From Edaphobacter aggregans (GTDB taxonomy: Bacteria; Acidobacteriota; Terriglobia; Terriglobales; Acidobacteriaceae), in contig NZ_RSDW01000001.1 in assembly GCF_003945235.1 (NCBI RefSeq), positions 3,720,001 to 3,752,000 on the forward strand: a stretch of DNA of 32,000 nucleotides, given 5' to 3'. Below are positions 15,851 through 23,201 of the stretch, piece after piece (position 1 is the stretch's first letter; each line of letters begins with the position of its first letter). Below the pieces are notes generated by a model. That model had not been told where the DNA came from, did not search any database, and saw only the letters and a list, made by a program, of their open reading frames with translations. The position numbers and the translations under genes are program-made.

Positions 15851-16999
15851 ATGAATAGAGACAATGTGGTGCGGATTTTTTGGGCGGCAGCTTTGCTTGT
15901 ATCGGGTGGGCTGGTTTGGGCGCAGACGACAACGACTGCTGAACAGGACAAGATTGTGCGCATCAATCAGATTCAGGTGATTGGGTCGCACAATAGCTAC
16001 CATGCTGGGTTTGCTCCGAGTGAGCGAAAGTACATGGAAGCGAAGAGTCCTAAGGGATTGCGGAGTCTTGACTATCATCATGCTCCGCTGGCGGATCAGC
16101 TTTCGGGTGGGGTGCGGCAGATCGAGATCGATATCTTTGCCGATAGCAAGGGCGGACGATTTGCTCATCCAGCCATCGTGCGGCAAGTGGCGGCGGCGGG
16201 ATTGCCAGCTGATCCGGACTTTGATCCTCAGCACGAGATGGACAAGCCGGGGTTCAAGGTAATGCACATGCAGGATCTGGATGAGCGGAGTACGTGCCAC
16301 ACGTTTGTGGCTTGTCTGACGGCTGTGCGGACTTGGTCGAAGCAGCACCCGCGGCATCTGCCGATTTTTATTTTGGTGGAGACGAAGGAAGGCCCTATGC
16401 GCGAGTTGCCTAACGCGGTGGAGACGGAGCCGTTTACTTCTGCTGTGTTCGATGCGATGGATGCCGAGATTCGGTCGGTGTTCAGGGCAGACGAGATGAT
16501 TACTCCGGATGAGGTTCGCGGTAGTGCGGCGACGCTGAATGAGGCTGTAAGAGCGGGTGGATGGCCGACGCTGGAGAAGGCGCGGGGGCGCGTGATCTTT
16601 CTGATGGATCAGCAGCATGTGGGGCCGGTTTATCGCGAGGGGCATCCTTCTCTGCGCGGACGCGTCCTGTTTACTAATGCCGAGCCTGGTGCGGCGGACG
16701 CGGCGTTCATCGAGCAGAACGATGGATCACGTGAAGCGATCGGTGCGCTGGTGAAGCAAGGGTATCTGGTGCGGACGCGTACGGACGAGGGGACGGAACA
16801 GGCTCGTACAAACGACACGACGCGGAGAGACCTTGCCCTCTCAAGTGGAGCTCAGTTGATCAGTACGGATTATCCTTCGTCGGAGCCGTCGCCGTGGACT
16901 TCGTATTTTGTTGGGCTGCCCGGTGGAGTGGTGGCTCGGTGCAATCCGGTGAATAAACCTGTTGGTTGCGACGACAGGTTGCTGGAACCTTCGCACTAA
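15851..16999 (+). CDS. Secreted PLC-like phosphodiesterase (Ca2+-dependent PI-PLC-like family)
   Basis: Sec signal MNRDNVVRIFWAAALLVSGGLVWAQ. IQVIGSHNSYH..., RQIEIDIFAD and ILVETKEG resemble the bacterial Ca-dependent phosphoinositide phospholipase C family (PF16670) as I recall it. The family call was not verified by search. Confidence 0.6.
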   Translation: MNRDNVVRIFWAAALLVSGGLVWAQTTTTAEQDKIVRINQIQVIGSHNSYHAGFAPSERKYMEAKSPKGLRSLDYHHAPLADQLSGGVRQIEIDIFADSKGGRFAHPAIVRQVAAAGLPADPDFDPQHEMDKPGFKVMHMQDLDERSTCHTFVACLTAVRTWSKQHPRHLPIFILVETKEGPMRELPNAVETEPFTSAVFDAMDAEIRSVFRADEMITPDEVRGSAATLNEAVRAGGWPTLEKARGRVIFLMDQQHVGPVYREGHPSLRGRVLFTNAEPGAADAAFIEQNDGSREAIGALVKQGYLVRTRTDEGTEQARTNDTTRRDLALSSGAQLISTDYPSSEPSPWTSYFVGLPGGVVARCNPVNKPVGCDDRLLEPSH

Positions 17000-17011
17000 A
17001 TGTATTGCAAC

Positions 17012-17512
17012 TCAGCAGACTACGCGGCGAAGCTTTTCGAGCGAGGCGCGCCATGTCACTTCGTGCCATCGACGATCGCTGTTATCGATAAACCCTGCGT
17101 GAGAGAGATGCAGTGAAGTTGATGATCGTGTCCGGTTGAGATCGATGATGACGGTCGTCTCAGAAGTGAGAACAGGCTGCTTAGCCCAGGTGAAAGCTAC
17201 CTCATATGGCTCCCGGGTGAGATAGGCGGTGCGTATTTTGAGGCTGGGATATCTTCGATGTGCGAAAGTGAGATTGATATCGAAGCCCTTTTGCGTTTGC
17301 GAGACTGCTACACCGCGGAATGGGTCACAGCCCGGGAAACATAGCCATGCCTCGAGGTATTCGGCGATGGTTAGAGCATTGAAGATACGGCGACTATCTG
17401 CCGGTATTTTTACTGAGACTTCGACCCGATGTTGTGTGAAGTTCTGATGTATTGAGAGAACTCTTTGCGTCACGGCCTGCATGGTCATAGGAAAAACCTG
17501 CTTATGCTTCAT
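17012..17512 (-). CDS. SRPBCC/AHSA1-like (START-fold) small protein
   Basis: VEVSVKIPADSRRIFNALTIAEYLEAWL..., the length and the C-terminal W...LEKLRRVV resemble Aha1/SRPBCC ligand-binding domain proteins. The start is uncertain (ATG 17512, ATG 17488/17482 or TTG 17542), and none has a clear SD. Confidence 0.5.
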   Translation of the reverse strand: MKHKQVFPMTMQAVTQRVLSIHQNFTQHRVEVSVKIPADSRRIFNALTIAEYLEAWLCFPGCDPFRGVAVSQTQKGFDINLTFAHRRYPSLKIRTAYLTREPYEVAFTWAKQPVLTSETTVIIDLNRTRSSTSLHLSHAGFIDNSDRRWHEVTWRASLEKLRRVVC

Positions 17513-17551
17513 AGAGGGTATGCAGCCATGTTTATAGCTCAAGAGGGTTAT

Positions 17552-17567
17552 GTGACAGAGTGACAGT
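17552..17567. repeat. Tandem octamer GTGACAGA-GTGACAGT, with further GTGAT/GTGAC copies at 17575-17584
   Basis: Read directly. It lies immediately upstream of the SRPBCC gene and downstream of the LytTR regulator gene. Confidence 0.6.
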
Positions 17568-17819
17568 TGAGGGTGTGATGTGACGCAACTTTTGGTTGAG
17601 TGGCACTGCGGCGAGACGGTCTACCCAGCAGAGGAAGAGGGCTTCGCGCGGATTTCACAGATTTCCATATTCGTTGAGAAACGCGGATTCGGATTTATGG
17701 AACGAACTGTTAGCCGTCCTATGCAGTGACGAATAGGACTGCACGCAGGGCGAGCCGTTGGGGGATGGCGATGGGAAGCCTGAAGGCACGAAGCGGCTTC
17801 CAGATTTTGAAAGGCTGCG

Positions 17820-18569
17820 TTAGCGATCGAGCCAGTATTTGATGCGAGAGCGATAGCTGCGGCTCATGGAGATCTTCTGGCCGTTATTGAGCAGGACGCC
17901 GTATTCGCCGTCGACTTCGGGCCTTACCTCTTTGACATACTGAAGGTTGACGATAGAGGAGCGATGGACGCGCAGGAATGTGCTGGGGTCGAGCTTCTCT
18001 TCGAGGTGGGCCATCGTCTCGCGCAGCAGATGTGTCTCGCTCTGAGTGCAGATGCGTACGTAGTTTTCTTCGGCGCCGATCCAGCAGATCTCCGATACGG
18101 GGAGGAACAGAATGCGGCCCTTGGACTTGAAGACGATGCGTGTCGTGTAAGGAGACCCGTTCTGGCTTTTTGCGGCGTGGGCGTGGGGGTTCTGCTGCTT
18201 GGCTTTGATTTGCTGCAGGGCACGCTCGGTTGCGGCGCGGAATCGCTCCAGGGTAAAGGGCTTCAGTAGATAGTCGACGGCATTGATCTCAAAGGCGCGC
18301 AGGGCGTAGCGGTCGTAGGCCGTAGTGAAGATGATGCAGGGGAGGGACTGTGAGCCGTTGGAGAGTTCACCGACGATGTCGAAGCCGTCCATGTCTGGCA
18401 TACGAACGTCGAGGAAGAGGAGGTCGGGTTTGGTGGCACGCACCAGATCAATCGTTTCCGCTGCGGTTGCGCCTTCACCGGCGACTTCTATCTCAGGTAT
18501 CTCGCGGAGGAGCTGGCGTAGCTTCTGTCGTGCCAGGACCTCATCATCTGCTAAAACAGCCTGAATCAT
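17820..18569 (-). CDS. LytR/AlgR-family response regulator (receiver + LytTR DNA-binding domain)
   Basis: The receiver domain carries DDE...LLFLDVRMPDMDG...K. The C-terminal LytTR domain reads ICWIGAEENYVRICT...FLRVHRSSIVNLQYV. Its start overlaps the kinase stop (ATGA at 18566-18569). Confidence 0.9.
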   Translation of the reverse strand: MIQAVLADDEVLARQKLRQLLREIPEIEVAGEGATAAETIDLVRATKPDLLFLDVRMPDMDGFDIVGELSNGSQSLPCIIFTTAYDRYALRAFEINAVDYLLKPFTLERFRAATERALQQIKAKQQNPHAHAAKSQNGSPYTTRIVFKSKGRILFLPVSEICWIGAEENYVRICTQSETHLLRETMAHLEEKLDPSTFLRVHRSSIVNLQYVKEVRPEVDGEYGVLLNNGQKISMSRSYRSRIKYWLDR

Positions 18570-19663
18570 GACACACCGTACCTAGTAGATTTCTCTATTG
18601 GACGTTCGGAGAGCTGGAGAGGGAGCGTAACAATTACTTGAACGGTATTGTTTTTGATCTCAGTGATGGAAAAGCTGTGATTGTCGCCATAGTGCATCCG
18701 TAGACGATCCTGCACATTGGTCAGACCTACTCCCTTGCTTTTTCCATTCGGCGGGGTGAGATGCAAACCAAGACCATTGTTCGTAACAGATAGGCAGAGT
18801 CGGGAGCCATCGGCAGTAGCTTCAATGTGAAGCAGACCTTCGCTGTTCAGCTTGGAGAGACCGTGAGCGTAAGCGTTCTCGACGATGGGCTGGAGGATCA
18901 TCGTTGGCACGATGGCGTCGTGCAGATGTGGATCAATCGACATCTGTTGTCGTACTCGACCGGCGAATCTGCGGTCCTGCATAGCCAGGTACATCTCAAT
19001 GAACTCCATCTCGTCGCTCAGGGTAATGAATTGGGCTTCGCCCCGGTGAAGAGTGATACGGAGGAGACGGCTAAGTTGTTCCAGCATTAGATCTGCCGCC
19101 TGAACGTCGCTCCGCATGAGGCTGGAGATGCCGTTCATCGTATTGAAAAGAAAGTGCGGATTGAGCTGCATCCGTAGTGCCCGCATCTGCGCCTGAACAA
19201 GCTGTGATTGCAGCTGGGATTCTGCTCTCTCTTTCTCGCGGAAACGCTGGTAGTAACCGAGACCACGGAAGAGGAAGAAAGCGCACCAGAAGAGGACGAT
19301 GTTGTCGATCATCTCGCCGTCGAGAACAAAAGCCAGACGGCGCCAGTACGGCATGGGAGGGCGGCCATGAGGAAGCGTCGGGAAGATAAGGATCCAGATC
19401 ATCTCTTCGAAGACGCCGACGGCAATGCTCAGTGGAAGGAAGAATGTGAGCATGGTGCGGAGGGTCGCGTTATTGATCTGGGGGTTGAGTTTCCACCAAA
19501 TAACCCAGCAAATAACACCCCAGATGAAGTACTGGACTCCCCAGGCCTGGAGAAGGAGACCCAGATGGATCTGATAGTTCCAGAAGCGCGAACTAATCCA
19601 CTCCTGCAGGGCGAAGAGGCAACCCAGCGAGACCGCCGCTCCGATGAATACGGCTGGATGCAT
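18566..19663 (-). CDS. LytS/YehU-type sensor histidine kinase (multi-TM sensor + His_kinase + HATPase_c)
   Basis: Several N-terminal TM helices are followed by the H-box LNPHFLFNTMNGI, an N-box IVENAYAHG, and G-boxes VTNNGLGL and GVGLTNVQDRL. Confidence 0.85.
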   Translation of the reverse strand: MHPAVFIGAAVSLGCLFALQEWISSRFWNYQIHLGLLLQAWGVQYFIWGVICWVIWWKLNPQINNATLRTMLTFFLPLSIAVGVFEEMIWILIFPTLPHGRPPMPYWRRLAFVLDGEMIDNIVLFWCAFFLFRGLGYYQRFREKERAESQLQSQLVQAQMRALRMQLNPHFLFNTMNGISSLMRSDVQAADLMLEQLSRLLRITLHRGEAQFITLSDEMEFIEMYLAMQDRRFAGRVRQQMSIDPHLHDAIVPTMILQPIVENAYAHGLSKLNSEGLLHIEATADGSRLCLSVTNNGLGLHLTPPNGKSKGVGLTNVQDRLRMHYGDNHSFSITEIKNNTVQVIVTLPLQLSERPIEKSTRYGVS

Positions 19664-19697
19664 AAAGAGCGGCTGGTTCGTATCTTGTTTCCACTGT

Positions 19698-20903
19698 TTA
19701 AAGGTCAGGTAAGAATCCTCGACTTTCTGTCTTTTGTTTATGATCGCTCACGGAAGCTAATGGGTCTGCTACACCTGCGGGTTGTGCGTGGGTACTAGTT
19801 GAGGTCCCCTTCATGACGTCCACGTTGGTGGGCAGAGGGAAGAATTTCGCGACCTCTGGATCTTTGACGATGAACTTCTTCGGAGACCGGTGCTGCGCAT
19901 ACCATGCCTGGGCCGCAGAGTTGAGCGATGCCCGTTCCTCTGGTTCGAGGCTGGCGTTGAGTTTGTTGATGTCGTAACGTAACAGATGCTCGGCCTCTCC
20001 TCCCCCCTGAAGCACTGCGATCTGGAAGTGGAGGATCGCTGACTTGCGGTCGACAGGGCCAGCCTTGCCGTCGCGGGCGATGATACCAAGGAGGACGGAC
20101 GACCTCCACTCTCCGGCGTCTGCAGCGGCCTGCACAACGGTCAGTGCTTCGTTGGTAGTTTGCTCCAATTCAGGATGGTTGAGCAACAAGAGTCCAAGTG
20201 AATGCATGGACGGAACATAGCCGGCCTGAGCTGATTCGCGTAGGAGGCTGACTGCTTTGGGGATGTCGTGGGGGTGGACAGGGTCAGTCGAGAAGAGGGA
20301 GCCAAGATCGTACCCGGCAATAGGATCGTGTAGCTTGACGCCACGCTCGTACCACTTTTCCGCAGCTGCCACGTCGGGTGAGCCTGCCATTCCAAAGTAG
20401 TAGATCGTACCGAGATAGGCGGCGGCGGTGCCGTTTCCGCGTCGAGCGTCCTCTTCAAAAAGCTGCATGGCAAAGTTGATGTCCTTGGGCACCCCGAGAC
20501 CTGCAAGATAAAGCACCCCGAGGTTAAGCCTTCCAGCAGGAGAGCCTGAGGCTGCTGCAAGCTGAAACCAATGCCGTGCGCGAACGAGGTCGACGGGAAC
20601 ACCAATGCCGTCCTGGTAGAAGTAACCGATCTGGTTCTGCGCATCGGGATCTCCGCTTTGAGCGGCCTTCTCGTACCAGAGTGCGGCGAGCCGTGCGTCC
20701 TGGGGCACTCCATTTCCGGTCATGTAGTGTGCGGCAAGTTCAAGCTCTGCCTTGACGGCGCCGTGTTGTGCGTCGGTTTGAAGCTTGGCGACCTTCTCCT
20801 CGTCCGGAGAGAGGCCGTGGCTGGATGGGATGTATACGACATACGCCAAGAGTGTCAGCAGGATGGGAATATGAAGTGTCCTCGGTAAGGTCTGCATCGT
20901 CAT
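19698..20903 (-). CDS. Secreted Sel1-like repeat (SLR/TPR-like) protein
   Basis: An N-terminal hydrophobic signal (LHIPILLTLLAYVVYIPSSHG) is followed by about 7 Sel1 repeats (GNGVPQDARLAALWYEKAAQSGDPDAQNQIGYFY, GIGVPVDLVRARHWFQLAAASG..., GLGVPKDINFAMQLFEEDARRG...). The SD GGAGA precedes the ATG at 20903. The gene ends 34 nt before the kinase start. Confidence 0.85.
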   Translation of the reverse strand: MTMQTLPRTLHIPILLTLLAYVVYIPSSHGLSPDEEKVAKLQTDAQHGAVKAELELAAHYMTGNGVPQDARLAALWYEKAAQSGDPDAQNQIGYFYQDGIGVPVDLVRARHWFQLAAASGSPAGRLNLGVLYLAGLGVPKDINFAMQLFEEDARRGNGTAAAYLGTIYYFGMAGSPDVAAAEKWYERGVKLHDPIAGYDLGSLFSTDPVHPHDIPKAVSLLRESAQAGYVPSMHSLGLLLLNHPELEQTTNEALTVVQAAADAGEWRSSVLLGIIARDGKAGPVDRKSAILHFQIAVLQGGGEAEHLLRYDINKLNASLEPEERASLNSAAQAWYAQHRSPKKFIVKDPEVAKFFPLPTNVDVMKGTSTSTHAQPAGVADPLASVSDHKQKTESRGFLPDL

Positions 20904-21111
20904 TTTCTCCAGGCCAGATGGGCGGATTACTCGCAGGCTCGTTCGGAAAGGACTCTTGGAAGTGAGGGCCGTGCACCATTGACGTGTCTGATTACGGACG
21001 GGTTATCAAAGGAGTTCTGCGTTTGCGGACTGCTCGTCACTGCGGAGGAGCGGACGGTCTGGGGAATTCGCAGTTGGCCGTCTCATTGCCGCAGTTCGTC
21101 ACAAATATTCT

Positions 21112-21149
21112 GGTGCAAAGAGAAATGGCCGGAAAGGAGGCTTCCGGCC
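21112..21149 (-). terminator. Rho-independent terminator of the GH51 gene
   Basis: On the minus strand it reads GGCCGGAA-GCCTCCT-TTCCGGCC (perfect 8-bp stem, 7-nt loop) followed by ATTTCTCTTTG. It begins 25 nt after the stop at 21175. Confidence 0.65.
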
Positions 21150-21174
21150 ATGAAGAGTCAAACTATGAGGAACG

Positions 21175-23082
21175 CTAACGAACGTTGAGCTCGACGACTT
21201 GAATCGAGTAGGGCGGCAGGTCGTGAGAGAAGTGACTCGATACGTTGCTCAAGGAAGAGTCGGTTGGAACAATTTTCCTCGGCTCCGTGATGCTGTTTGT
21301 CTCGGTGGGAGAAGAAGCGTGGAGCGTAGTGAGTTTTGCGGATAGAGCTATGTGCTTCGCTCCGTTTAGATTGATGTCGAGCTGCTGCTTTGTCGCGGTT
21401 GCGTTGACAAGCTTCAGATAGAGAACACCCTTTGTGGGATCGCTTGTGACGGAGTAGAAGACACGTTTATCGGCGTTGGTGAGGGTCGAGTCGACGATCT
21501 GGGTCCCGCGGTGATTGCTGAACATTACTTGTGCGTAGTAGCTAGGTGAGCCGTAGCTGGACATGGCATCGTAGCCGATAAGGTCTGTTTTCCATTGCAT
21601 GCCACCGGGGTTTACGTTGACGAACAACGGCGCGTAGCTGTGCATGATGATTACGTCGCTGTTGCGTTCCATGCCGGTCATCCAGGCAGCGTCTCCGAGA
21701 GCGGCGTTGAAGTCCGGTGTGGGTTCGCCTTCGCGGGTGGCCCACTCTCCTACCATGATTTTGGTTCCGGTTCGGCTTGTTTTGTCGTAGTGGTGCACGT
21801 CGTCGAAGAACTGTTCGGCCTTGCGGTAGTAGTGGTCATCGAGTACGTCTGGCTGGCGCGACGTGACCTGCGTGGTTGCGATCACCTGGATCTCAGAATG
21901 GCTCTTCTTGATCGCATCATAGAACTGCGCGAATCGAGCGTCGTAGCTCTTCGACTTATCGAACCAGTCTTCGTTGCCTACCTCAACATACTTGAGAGCG
22001 AAGGGTTTTGGGTGGCCGTCCCGGGCCCGGATGGCTCCCCATTTTGTGTCGGTGCCGCCGCTGACGTATTCGATCTCATCGAGAGCATCCTGCACGTAGG
22101 GCTCGAGAGCTGGACCAGCATCTATGTGCTCCTGCTTCATGGAATAGCCGGCATAGACCGCGAGGAGTGGCTGCATCTTGAGGTCTTCGCACCACTCTAA
22201 AAACTCCAGGAGGCCGAGGCCGTCGGAGGAGTGGTAACGCCATGGGCTGGGGTGGGTTGGGCGATCTACCAAGGGGCCGATCGTCTTCTTCCACTCATAT
22301 CGCTCAGGGATATGATCGCCTTCGAGGTAGTTTCCCCCGGGGAGACGCAGGAAAGACGGCTTCATGGCGGCAAGAAGCTCCATGATGTCCTGGCGATTTC
22401 CGTTGCTGCGGTTAGCGTAGGTGGGCGGAAAAACAGAGACGAGTTGCAGCCAGAAAGTTCCGGGATGGGTCGTGGTGAGGGCGAAGTGATTTGCTGCAGA
22501 GGGTTTGACGTCTTTAGTGGTAAGCACCACGCTGTAGCGCTTCCATTCCTGGCTCAGTGAGGGAATGACCGCAGACGCCGCTGATACGCCGGTGCTGTTG
22601 TCGATGAGGCTGATCTTGAGTGGGCCGGAGAAGCCTGCATCAGCTTTTGCATAGAAGGATGCCTTGTACTGCGTGTGCGGACGAACGGCGATGCCCCAGA
22701 ATCCATCGTTCTGCACGCCCGCTGGATCTGTTGTGCTGGCGGCGGCGACCGATACCTTGAGGCTCAAGGGCAAAGCAGTGCTTGGGCCTGTCGTCTTATC
22801 GATGTCTATGGTAGCTGCGTTCTTATCGTTTGCTGCGATCGACCAATGGACGGGTGAGGATGCGTCATCCTGAAAGGTCCGGTTTCTTATCAACTCGGCG
22901 TAGAGGCCGCCATCGTAGGAGTAGTTGATCTCCTCTGTCATCAGGCCGTGAAGGATAGGGCTCGATGCGCCGACGGATTTATCCACCTGGATGTTAAGAG
23001 TTCCGTTAGGAGTTTGTGCGAGAAGCGTGGTTACAACACACGTCCATAAACCTGCGGCCAGAAAATTTCTAAGTCTGGACAT
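21175..23082 (-). CDS. Secreted GH51 alpha-L-arabinofuranosidase with N-terminal CBM-like domain
   Basis: Signal peptide MSRLRNFLAAGLWTCVVTTLLAQ. LRLPGGNYLEG, WKKTIGP, YVEVGNEDW (acid/base Glu) and IMVGEWA (nucleophile Glu) fit GH51. I prefer the ATG at 23082, with GGAG 5 nt upstream. Confidence 0.85.
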   Translation of the reverse strand: MSRLRNFLAAGLWTCVVTTLLAQTPNGTLNIQVDKSVGASSPILHGLMTEEINYSYDGGLYAELIRNRTFQDDASSPVHWSIAANDKNAATIDIDKTTGPSTALPLSLKVSVAAASTTDPAGVQNDGFWGIAVRPHTQYKASFYAKADAGFSGPLKISLIDNSTGVSAASAVIPSLSQEWKRYSVVLTTKDVKPSAANHFALTTTHPGTFWLQLVSVFPPTYANRSNGNRQDIMELLAAMKPSFLRLPGGNYLEGDHIPERYEWKKTIGPLVDRPTHPSPWRYHSSDGLGLLEFLEWCEDLKMQPLLAVYAGYSMKQEHIDAGPALEPYVQDALDEIEYVSGGTDTKWGAIRARDGHPKPFALKYVEVGNEDWFDKSKSYDARFAQFYDAIKKSHSEIQVIATTQVTSRQPDVLDDHYYRKAEQFFDDVHHYDKTSRTGTKIMVGEWATREGEPTPDFNAALGDAAWMTGMERNSDVIIMHSYAPLFVNVNPGGMQWKTDLIGYDAMSSYGSPSYYAQVMFSNHRGTQIVDSTLTNADKRVFYSVTSDPTKGVLYLKLVNATATKQQLDINLNGAKHIALSAKLTTLHASSPTETNSITEPRKIVPTDSSLSNVSSHFSHDLPPYSIQVVELNVR

Positions 23083-23201
23083 GAAACTCCATTTCGAGAG
23101 GATGATTCGGTCGAACGCTAGAATACGTTTACTTTCGGCTTCAAGGATACATAATTTGAACGGCGTTGCCATCAGTTACCTGCATCCAGGAAAAATGGGC
23201 G

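Noticed and set aside
14765-16645. Minus-strand ORFs of 341 aa (14765-15790) and 273 aa (15824-16645)
   Set aside because: Both are antisense to the metallophosphoesterase and PLC-like genes, which carry complete catalytic motif sets. The translations are R/H/P-rich and look non-protein-like.
16999-17012. Only 12 nt between the convergent stops of the PLC-like and SRPBCC genes
   Set aside because: This is unusual for leaving no room for terminators, but it is just tight convergent packing and there is no structure to interpret. It would only matter if transcript 3' ends overlap.
17774-17801. Hairpin GGAAGCC-N14-GGCTTCC just downstream of the LytTR gene as its terminator
   Set aside because: On the minus strand it is followed by CATCGCCATCCCC with no U run. 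The T-rich tail exists only on the + strand, where there is no upstream gene.
20979-21188. Two small + strand ORFs (69 and 64 aa) in the Sel1/GH51 intergenic region
   Set aside because: Neither has a convincing SD. My count of third-position GC for the 64-aa frame (35/64) looked lower by eye than in the flanking genes, for which I made no count. Both read straight through the GH51 terminator hairpin and into the GH51 stop, and neither has recognisable motifs.
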